DNA of 35,989 nucleotides, taken from positions 1 through 35,989 of the forward strand of contig CAYWFA010000001.1 in assembly GCA_964457815.1 (NCBI GenBank), given 5' to 3'. Of the stretch, positions 24,149-31,336 are shown piece by piece (position 1 is the stretch's first letter; each line of letters begins with the position of its first letter). Origin of the DNA: Candidatus Woesearchaeota archaeon. GTDB lineage: Archaea; Nanobdellota; Nanobdellia; Pacearchaeales; GW2011-AR1. The position numbers were made by a program, and so were the translations under genes. Under the pieces are notes generated by a model, which was given only the letters and a program-made list of their open reading frames with translations, was not told the DNA's origin and made no database searches.

Positions 24149-27100
24149 TTACTCTTTCTTCTTTTTTTTCTGTTCTTCTTTTTCATAAATCTCTCTAGCT
24201 TTTTTTGCTTCTTCAACAGATTTTTCTATTTCTGAAGCATCCAATAATTTCTTTTCAACCTTTTTTGGTTTTTTTCCTATCTTTTCCCATTGCTTTTGTA
24301 ATCTCGGTCCAAGTCCTTCAACATAAATATCCACAACAGAGAAATTTCCAGTCATAAGTTTATCTTTTATTAGTTTAAGTTCCATCTTGAAATCAAAAAT
24401 GTCTATCTTTTCTTTTTCAAGCTGATTTACTTGATTCTCAAAATCATCTATTATATCATTGTATTTATTGTATTTTTCCAGCTCTTCATCTGAAAGCCTT
24501 CTTGTATTGTGAAGGATTGGCCTGAAATTTACAAAATAAGGTTTACCTTTATTGTATTCTGCATTTTGAAACATTGCAACTCCAACTTCTGCTCTAACTA
24601 AAGATTTCAAAAATTCTTCTCCGTATTTTGTTTTTATTCTTTCTAAATCAGATTCTTCTATTGTTCTTGTTTGAATTTCAGTATTAATGTTTGCTTTAAC
24701 TTCTCCAACAAAATCGCTTAATACCTGTGAAATTAAAACTACTCCCATTCCCCATTTTCTAAACTCTCTACAAGCTCTTTCAATTTGCAAGAAACCTTCA
24801 CCACTTCCACCAAATTTTGAAAGAAGTCTATGAACTTCATCGAAAACAAGTAGGACCTTAAGTTCTTGGGCTTCTTTTGGATCTGATTTAAATATTTGTC
24901 TAATTACACTTGCAATAAAAGTGTCAATATCCTTGGGATCAAGTTTATTTAGTGCGAATATTTGTATCTGTCCTGGATGAATATATTTTTCTATTTCAAT
25001 TATTTCTCTCGCATGTGAAATTTGCCTTATATTTCCGGGGAAAGCTCTGGAATCAGAAGGTTTTAATCCAAACTTAGGATAAAAAGACATCATTTTTTTA
25101 TCTTCGCATTTTCTCAATAACCCAGACCATTGTGCTGTTGGATCAAAAACAATAACTGCTACGTTTTTTAATAAGGCTTCTTCAACCAATACTTGTGCAG
25201 AAATACTTTTACCCATACCTGTAGCTCCTGCAACGATTGCGTGGGTTTTTAATTTCTCTGGTTCAAGATAAACAGGATATTTTGATTCAGCAATTAATCC
25301 TAATTTAAAAAAACTTTTGTTTGCCTTTGGAAGAGTAGATAAATCCAAAGAAATCCCATATCTTTTTCTTTTTTCTTTGTATCTTTTATAAAGAAAAACA
25401 TTAAGTAAAATGAAACTTATGAAAGAAAGTATTGCAAAGAAAATCCAAAGAGGTATCCCTAGAAAAGAATAAAGATAAAGAGGTTTACGCACTGAAAAAG
25501 GTGCTGTGGCACTGGAAGAAAATCCTAAATATTTTGCATTCACAACAAACAAATAATCTCCTTCAGAAAAATTTGAAGGAATATTAATGTAATCAACTAT
25601 TGACAAAGCTTTTTTTATTTCAACTTCTTGGATTTCTCTGAAAGAAACTGTTGAATCTTTCTCATTAATGATTAATTTTTCCAATAAAACTTTGTATTCC
25701 TGATCAATCAACAAATTTTGTAAATTAAGTTTATAATTCAAATTTTCTCCTGGGTTAACAATGTTTTTAAACAAATCTATTTCCATCAAAAGGGTTTCTA
25801 TTGGCAATCTGTTTTCAATTATTTTTATTTTTATGGGGATTTCTTTTTCTACATCTCCTGTTAATTTTAAAATACCTTCATAAGTGCCTACTGGCTTTGT
25901 TCCATAAAAAGTTATTTTTATTTCTTCCCCATTTCCAGGTTCCAATATAAGAGCGTCTCTATCTAATTTTACAAAATCTGTTAATTCTGGAGAAAGAGAT
26001 AAAAGAAGATTAATGTTTGAAAGTTTAAAATTGTAAATACCTATTGTATCTTCAACAAAAGTGTTTTGTCTTATTTCTTTGAAAATATCTTTTGTGCTTA
26101 TCCAAAAATCTTCTCCCGATTTTTGTAATTCTTCGATAATTTGTTTGACATCTTCTCCGGGCTCTTCATCATATGGGCCGGTTTCATAAGGATTGTTTGT
26201 TGATCCCAAGTTCATTAAAGTTAAAGTTATATTGTGGCTTAAAAAAGTGGTATTTTGATAAAAAGTGAGGAGATCATAATAATTATTATATCCCAAAAGA
26301 GTTGCTATTATAGGATATTGTTGAGGAATAATTTCTGGTGTTAATTCGTAATATCCTAATTCATTGCTTGTGGTGGAATCTCCTGCAATGTAAACACTAA
26401 CTGAATCTAATGGATTTCCCAAGGAATCTTTAACATATCCTGAAACAAGAGGAAAAATCACCTCTTCTGTGCTAGGAGTAACTGTTTGCAAAGTAATATT
26501 GTGGTTTATTGTGTTGTTTGTGAAATTAACGGTTATATTTGAAAAATAGCTATCATATCCTTCACCATATGCAATTAGATTGTGTGTTCCGGGCATTAAA
26601 TTTAAAGAAATGTTGTAAAATCCATTTATGTCTGTGGTTGCATTTGTACCCGCAACAACCACTGTGATGTTTTCTATAGGAGAATTGCTTGAATTTACAA
26701 CATATCCGTAAATATTTGTGTTTATAACCTCTCCCATCCCTCCTGCGGGACATTCGTCATAGGGATCTGTGAAAAAGTAATACCTTATATTTGAAGATGG
26801 AAGCATAGGCAAAATCATTTGAAAATTAACTGTTGTATTTGGACTGTAACCTTTTTGTAACTCTTCAATATGTGTTACATAAACTAAATTTCCTCCTCCA
26901 TCAACCAAAATTCCCAAATCAAATATCCCGTAATTTCCATCCCATCTGTAAGTGTGTGTAGAGGGGATATTTGTGATATTTCTTGTTCCCACCATCACCC
27001 ACATTGTATCATAAAAAGTGTTTGAAGCACAATCTACCCCTGAAGAACACCCTGTCCAAGAATCAATCTGGACAGCAGTGGCAGGAATTAATGAATCAAA

Positions 27101-27511
27101 ATCAATTGTTGAAGAAGTGGAAGCATAAACTTCCTTTCCCCCTATTGCATCCTGTTGGATACAATTAAAAAACAAACCGGTTGTTGAAATTTCTCCAGAA
27201 TTAACATCTTCAAATAAAAGCTCTGTGTATCCTGGAACTCTTAAAGCCAAGCCATACAATCCATGCCAATAAGAGGTTTGAAATTTAATTGTTACGTTTA
27301 ATTCAGAAATATATCCTGCTTGTGAAGGAACATAAGTTAAGAAACCTGTGGAAAGAATGTTTGTTATAAACAAAACACAAATTACAAATGTCGAAAATAA
27401 AGCAAATGCGAGCAATAAAAACTCAAAAGTATCTTCTTTCTTTTTTTGACGTAATTCTCTTCTTGCAATGGCAATTGCTTTTTTAGAAACTCTTTCACCT
27501 TTCTTATGCAT
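24149..27511 (-). CDS. Two-TM membrane protein: extracellular paralog-like domain, two CarboxypepD_reg-like and further beta-sandwich domains, and a cytoplasmic HerA/FtsK-superfamily (DUF87-like) ATPase
   Basis: 1120 aa. Basic N-terminus, TM1 (aa 29-53), ectodomain of about 625 aa, TM2 (aa about 678-708, LYLYSFLGIPLWIFFAILSFISFILLNVFLY). Walker A AGATGMGKS (25205-25231), Walker B LLVFDEVHRL, and REFRKWGMGVVLISQVLSDFVGEVKANINTEIQTRT. K/E-rich coiled-coil tail. TDINGFYN and SNELGYYEL mark the CarboxypepD_reg-like repeats. Confidence 0.9.
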   Translation of the reverse strand: MHKKGERVSKKAIAIARRELRQKKKEDTFEFLLLAFALFSTFVICVLFITNILSTGFLTYVPSQAGYISELNVTIKFQTSYWHGLYGLALRVPGYTELLFEDVNSGEISTTGLFFNCIQQDAIGGKEVYASTSSTIDFDSLIPATAVQIDSWTGCSSGVDCASNTFYDTMWVMVGTRNITNIPSTHTYRWDGNYGIFDLGILVDGGGNLVYVTHIEELQKGYSPNTTVNFQMILPMLPSSNIRYYFFTDPYDECPAGGMGEVINTNIYGYVVNSSNSPIENITVVVAGTNATTDINGFYNISLNLMPGTHNLIAYGEGYDSYFSNITVNFTNNTINHNITLQTVTPSTEEVIFPLVSGYVKDSLGNPLDSVSVYIAGDSTTSNELGYYELTPEIIPQQYPIIATLLGYNNYYDLLTFYQNTTFLSHNITLTLMNLGSTNNPYETGPYDEEPGEDVKQIIEELQKSGEDFWISTKDIFKEIRQNTFVEDTIGIYNFKLSNINLLLSLSPELTDFVKLDRDALILEPGNGEEIKITFYGTKPVGTYEGILKLTGDVEKEIPIKIKIIENRLPIETLLMEIDLFKNIVNPGENLNYKLNLQNLLIDQEYKVLLEKLIINEKDSTVSFREIQEVEIKKALSIVDYINIPSNFSEGDYLFVVNAKYLGFSSSATAPFSVRKPLYLYSFLGIPLWIFFAILSFISFILLNVFLYKRYKEKRKRYGISLDLSTLPKANKSFFKLGLIAESKYPVYLEPEKLKTHAIVAGATGMGKSISAQVLVEEALLKNVAVIVFDPTAQWSGLLRKCEDKKMMSFYPKFGLKPSDSRAFPGNIRQISHAREIIEIEKYIHPGQIQIFALNKLDPKDIDTFIASVIRQIFKSDPKEAQELKVLLVFDEVHRLLSKFGGSGEGFLQIERACREFRKWGMGVVLISQVLSDFVGEVKANINTEIQTRTIEESDLERIKTKYGEEFLKSLVRAEVGVAMFQNAEYNKGKPYFVNFRPILHNTRRLSDEELEKYNKYNDIIDDFENQVNQLEKEKIDIFDFKMELKLIKDKLMTGNFSVVDIYVEGLGPRLQKQWEKIGKKPKKVEKKLLDASEIEKSVEEAKKAREIYEKEEQKKKKKE
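26765..27322 (-). other. Ectodomain segment (aa about 64-249) of the ATPase protein, homologous to the small secreted paralogs
   Basis: AGYISELNVTIKFQTSYWHGLYG ... GGKEVYASTSSTIDFDSL ... NLVYVTHIEELQKGYSPNTTVNFQMILPMLPSSNIRYYFFTD is collinear with AGNVTELAISGYSITQSWQGYFG ... EGEIYASTNGSLNWSAV ... SVIFTSILDEESPLGFDGRAHDFEMLVLENG...TTYFFWVE. Confidence 0.6.
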
Positions 27512-27530
27512 CTTATAATCGCGTAAAGAA

Positions 27531-27583
27531 AATTAATAAAGTTTCCTATAAGAAAAATATAAATCACCAAAAAGTATTTAAAG
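27531..27583. promoter_or_regulatory. Divergent promoter region with two TATA-like boxes
   Basis: The minus strand reads tttattaatt (27531-27540) about 25 nt upstream of the ATPase ATG (27511). The plus strand reads tatttaaa (27575-27582) about 40 nt upstream of the ATG at 27620. Confidence 0.3.
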
Positions 27584-27619
27584 AATTTTCAGCTTTTCAT
27601 CAAGTAAAAGAGATGAAAA

Positions 27620-28369
27620 ATGGCGTTAACAAAAATGTTTAAAAAATCTGATGCTCCCGATGAACTTCCGGATTTGGCAATAGATGAATTAAAGAAAGAT
27701 TTAAAGAAAGATTATTCTGAAAAACCTCAAGAATCAGGAGCAACTCAAGAAGCCGTTGAAACAAAACAAGAAACTGAAAAAACGGAAGAAAAAGAAGAAG
27801 TCCCAAAAAAAGAACAAGAAACACCTGAAGAATCTCAGGAGGAAAATACTGAAGAAGGAACAACTGAACAAGAAACAGATAATGAAAGTGACAAACAAGA
27901 AGAAATAGAAAGAACAGAAATCGAAGAAGTTGAAGAAAAGCCAAAAGAAACAATAGAAGAAAAAGTAAACTTGGAAAAAAGTTTTTTCAATCCTTTAATA
28001 AATGAATTAAAAAAAGATGATTTTGATCCTGCAAAAATAAACGCGTGGTATCAAAAAAGATTTTCTGATAAAAGTGTAATTGAAGAAATGAAAGAATACT
28101 GGGAAACTCAAAAAAATGAATTTATAACTGAAACAGTTGAAAAAGAGTTCAAAGCAAGGATAAAAGAAAGGATGAATAAACTGCAACAATTAGAAACCGA
28201 ATGGCAGGAAATTTACATAAAGTTGGCTGAAAAAGAAGAAGAAATGAAGAAGGAAGAAAAAAATGTCAAAAAAATAATAAAAGATTTTTCTGCTATTGTT
28301 GGTAAAAAGGGAAATCTTAAAAAAGCGCATAAATCTAAGATAAGTAATGAAAAGAAAAAGAAAAGCTAA
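27620..28369 (+). CDS. Highly acidic E/K-rich coiled-coil protein
   Basis: 249 aa, ATG start. Long E/T/K/Q low-complexity stretch, then a helical K/E-rich C-terminal half. Divergent from the ATPase gene. Confidence 0.65.
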   Translation: MALTKMFKKSDAPDELPDLAIDELKKDLKKDYSEKPQESGATQEAVETKQETEKTEEKEEVPKKEQETPEESQEENTEEGTTEQETDNESDKQEEIERTEIEEVEEKPKETIEEKVNLEKSFFNPLINELKKDDFDPAKINAWYQKRFSDKSVIEEMKEYWETQKNEFITETVEKEFKARIKERMNKLQQLETEWQEIYIKLAEKEEEMKKEEKNVKKIIKDFSAIVGKKGNLKKAHKSKISNEKKKKS

Positions 28370-28652
28370 AAAATTATTAAATGTTATACTTTTACTTATA
28401 TTTGTTCTTGTAATTTTAATTTTTGTTGAAGTAAAATTTTGGGAATTGCTTGAAAAAAAAGAAATAAAAATGATTTCTCTTGAAGATAGGTGTTCGATAA
28501 TGTTTGAAAATGTTTTACATGCAATAAAAGATAGTTCTGGATGTGAGAATTACTGTAGGGCAGAGTGTATAACAAGGGAAATGGATTTTTACAAATCTGA
28601 ATTTGAAAAAATAGAAAATTCATGTAATAATTGTAATTGTTATTGTAAATAA
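28347..28652 (+). CDS. Small N-terminally anchored Cys-rich protein
   Basis: 101 aa. TM segment LLNVILLLIFVLVILIFV, then 8 Cys (C..C.NYC.AEC....C.NC.C.C). Its start overlaps the previous gene by 23 nt. Confidence 0.55.
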   Translation: MKRKRKAKKLLNVILLLIFVLVILIFVEVKFWELLEKKEIKMISLEDRCSIMFENVLHAIKDSSGCENYCRAECITREMDFYKSEFEKIENSCNNCNCYCK

Positions 28653-28653
28653 A

Positions 28654-29262
28654 ATGGATGATTTGGAAGAAAGGTATCTTGAAGGCGTTGAAAAAGAGGG
28701 AGAGATTTTATTAGAGGGTCTTAAAGGCAATAAAAGTCTGGGGGAATTAGAAAAGGAATATTCAAAAAAAGTGAAAGAAATAAGAAAGATATATGAAAAA
28801 TCCTTGAAAAAAGAGCTGAAAAAAGAAAAAGAAAATCCTTCAACTAAAAAATCAAAGAAAGATAAAGAAAAAACCAAGGAATTTAAAGCAGAAGGCGTGG
28901 AGTTGGAAAGGGGTTGGATTGAAGATAAAAAAATTAAAACAGAAGTAAATTCTTATAATTTTAAAAGAAAAATTAAAAATTTTTTTTATAAAATAAGTCC
29001 AAACAAAATAATTTACTTGTTTCATAGATTAAAAATAATTAAAATTAATTTTTTCAAACAAATTAATTTTTCGTTTAAACGAACATTTAATAAAATTTCT
29101 ACAAAAGTAATTACTATTTTAACATACATAAAAGAAGGGTTTATGAAAGTTGTATCTGAATTTAAAAGATTGTTTTCATTTTTTTCAAAACAAAAAAAGA
29201 AAGAAAAAACTGAAAAACAAGAAAAAGATAAAGAAGAAAAAGATGGAAATAAAAACAAGTAA
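28654..29262 (+). CDS. Lys/Glu-rich hypothetical protein
   Basis: 202 aa. The ATG lies 1 nt after the previous stop. Charged helical N- and C-termini flank an amphipathic, basic middle section. Confidence 0.55.
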   Translation: MDDLEERYLEGVEKEGEILLEGLKGNKSLGELEKEYSKKVKEIRKIYEKSLKKELKKEKENPSTKKSKKDKEKTKEFKAEGVELERGWIEDKKIKTEVNSYNFKRKIKNFFYKISPNKIIYLFHRLKIIKINFFKQINFSFKRTFNKISTKVITILTYIKEGFMKVVSEFKRLFSFFSKQKKKEKTEKQEKDKEEKDGNKNK

Positions 29263-29632
29263 AACCAAGATAACCAAAGAAGAAGCCTTGGAATTTAAAT
29301 TGAAAGGTATTGAGAAAAACTTAAGAGAAGTTTTTTTATTTTTTGCTTCAGAAGGTTTAATTGATATAAGAAAAATACAAATAAACGAGGAATTTGAAAA
29401 CAATTTAAAACAAAAAATAAATGATTATCTTAAAGAAAAAAACCAAGATTTAAATGAAAGGTTTTCTGAATTAAGAAAAAAAGGCGAAGATTTGGGAGTT
29501 TTAAATTTTAAATTGGTTATGATTCCCTTAAAAATAAAGGTTTTTATGGCTAGTTACAACAAAAAAGATGCTGAAAATGTTTTAAGAAGGATAAATGAGA
29601 TCGAAACAGAAATCAATAAAATAAAAGACTAG
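29243..29632 (+). CDS. Small helical K/E-rich protein (129 aa from MEIKTSK)
   Basis: The track ORF 29150..29632 overlaps the previous gene for 113 nt in another frame. The internal ATG at 29243 reduces the overlap to 20 nt. Confidence 0.5.
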   Translation: MEIKTSKTKITKEEALEFKLKGIEKNLREVFLFFASEGLIDIRKIQINEEFENNLKQKINDYLKEKNQDLNERFSELRKKGEDLGVLNFKLVMIPLKIKVFMASYNKKDAENVLRRINEIETEINKIKD

Positions 29633-31302
29633 TCCTCATCTTTGTTTTCTCTTCTTCTTGCTATTATAAAGAAAATTATAAATATTAAAATGATAAATAT
29701 CAATCCAAAGATTATGTAGGTTAAAGGATTAAATCTTTGATAATTTAATTCCATTCTTATTTCTTTGGTATTTACCAATGAATCTCTTCTCTCACCATAA
29801 TATGATACCACCCTTACAAAATTATTCTTGCTTAAATCTGATTCAGTTAATACTTCATAAATAAATATTTTCTTTGATCTTCCTGGAAGCAATCTTTCAG
29901 GGGTTTCTGTTCCAAGAGTTTGGGTTAATCTGTTTATTACGATATCTTTTAATTCCACACTTGTCCAACATTCTACATTTTCTGTATTTTTCAATTTAAT
30001 TACAAAAGAATTTTCTTGTTGGTTGTATTTCAACCATTTTATATCTAAATCACATCTATCTATAATATTAACCATTTCTACTTCATATGTTCCTTCTAAG
30101 ACTCTATCCAAGGAAGAAGGGGATTCTCCATAAAGGACATAAATCTCTGCAGATGCTTCTTCTCCCGAAAGAACTACCCCTTCATAAACAACTGTTTTGA
30201 AATCTCCGGGAGCAATAAATATTTCTTCTAAATCTCCCACCCTTATGGTTCCTGAAGGAGTTACAAGAGTTATTGTTCCTCTGAAATAAGCAGGCATATT
30301 TGAATCACTTTTATAAGTTATTTCAAGTCTTGAATTTGCTTTGTTGTATTTCACAGAATAAACTGAAAGATTTAAATTTGGAACTGGAATATAAAATAAA
30401 TCTAAACCTTCAACAGGAGAAACTCCGGTGGTCCTTTCTCTTGCACTCCTAGCAAATTTAACCATCACGTTTATTCCTGTAGATTGTCTGATATTTGTTG
30501 CGGCACCAATTAATTCGTTCCCAATAAGAACCCCTATTTCAATGTTTGAAGATTTTATATATTCTGCAATTTTTGCTGGAACATTTTCTCTTCCTGTAAA
30601 TAAAAGAGTGTTCTTTCCTTGCATAATTTCTTTTTCTATGAACTCTCCATTGCTAAGAATAATTTGGCTTATAGAACCCACTTCTGAGTACTTCTTTACA
30701 ATCTCAATGTTATCTTGAAATCTATCTCCGCTGTTAATTATTTCGGGATTGTATTTTGATAAAGTTTCTGTCACTTCGGAATCAACATACCCATATAAAA
30801 GCAACTTATCGGTTCGTCCATTTAAAATTGAATCAATATCTCCTACATTTACTCTGTTTGCCAAAAAAACCCAAGAATTTGTCGCTAAAGCATAAGCAAC
30901 TACTGCCATTGAATTATACCCATACGAGTCCCCCACCACAATGAAATTCCTTATATTCGGCAATTCGTTGATTAATTCTAAATTTCCTGAAGAAACTTCT
31001 ATTTCTTGAACAGAATTGAACCCTCTTGAATTTGCCAAAGAAGGATAATTGAATACGAGAGGGTCATCTTTAGAAGAAACAATCAACAAATCGTAATTCT
31101 TATTTATTCCGTCAAGCAAAGTTGGGCCATGAGAGGTACTAACTAAAAAATCAGAATTTAATCCTCTTAAATTGGCATATAAAATGCTAGAATAAACATC
31201 CTGCCAATTTGCAGAATTAGAAACGATATAATCTTCTGCAAGTACAAAAGAAGAGAAGAATACAATACAAAAAACAAAAACTACAATAAATCTCTTTTTC
31301 AT
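29629..31302 (-). CDS. Surface protein with signal peptide, three Rossmann-like repeats (possibly CWB2-like), two beta-sandwich domains and a C-terminal TM anchor
   Basis: 557 aa. Signal MKKRFIVVFVFCIVFFSSFVLA. C-terminal LTYIIFGLIFIILIFIIFFIIARRRENKDED. Three-fold pattern (NWQDVYSSILYANLRGLNSDFLVS.../GYNSMAVVAYALATNSWVFLAN.../DRFQDNIEIVKKYS...QIILSNG) recalls cell-wall-binding repeat 2. This assignment is tentative. Confidence 0.8.
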   Translation of the reverse strand: MKKRFIVVFVFCIVFFSSFVLAEDYIVSNSANWQDVYSSILYANLRGLNSDFLVSTSHGPTLLDGINKNYDLLIVSSKDDPLVFNYPSLANSRGFNSVQEIEVSSGNLELINELPNIRNFIVVGDSYGYNSMAVVAYALATNSWVFLANRVNVGDIDSILNGRTDKLLLYGYVDSEVTETLSKYNPEIINSGDRFQDNIEIVKKYSEVGSISQIILSNGEFIEKEIMQGKNTLLFTGRENVPAKIAEYIKSSNIEIGVLIGNELIGAATNIRQSTGINVMVKFARSARERTTGVSPVEGLDLFYIPVPNLNLSVYSVKYNKANSRLEITYKSDSNMPAYFRGTITLVTPSGTIRVGDLEEIFIAPGDFKTVVYEGVVLSGEEASAEIYVLYGESPSSLDRVLEGTYEVEMVNIIDRCDLDIKWLKYNQQENSFVIKLKNTENVECWTSVELKDIVINRLTQTLGTETPERLLPGRSKKIFIYEVLTESDLSKNNFVRVVSYYGERRDSLVNTKEIRMELNYQRFNPLTYIIFGLIFIILIFIIFFIIARRRENKDED

Positions 31303-31336
31303 ATTAATAACTTTAAATAATAATATTTAAAACTTT

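Noticed and set aside
29629-29632. Convergent genes sharing the palindrome CTAG, so that both stop codons overlap
   Set aside because: This is a real but trivial consequence of compact gene packing. No hairpin or other terminator-like structure is associated with it.
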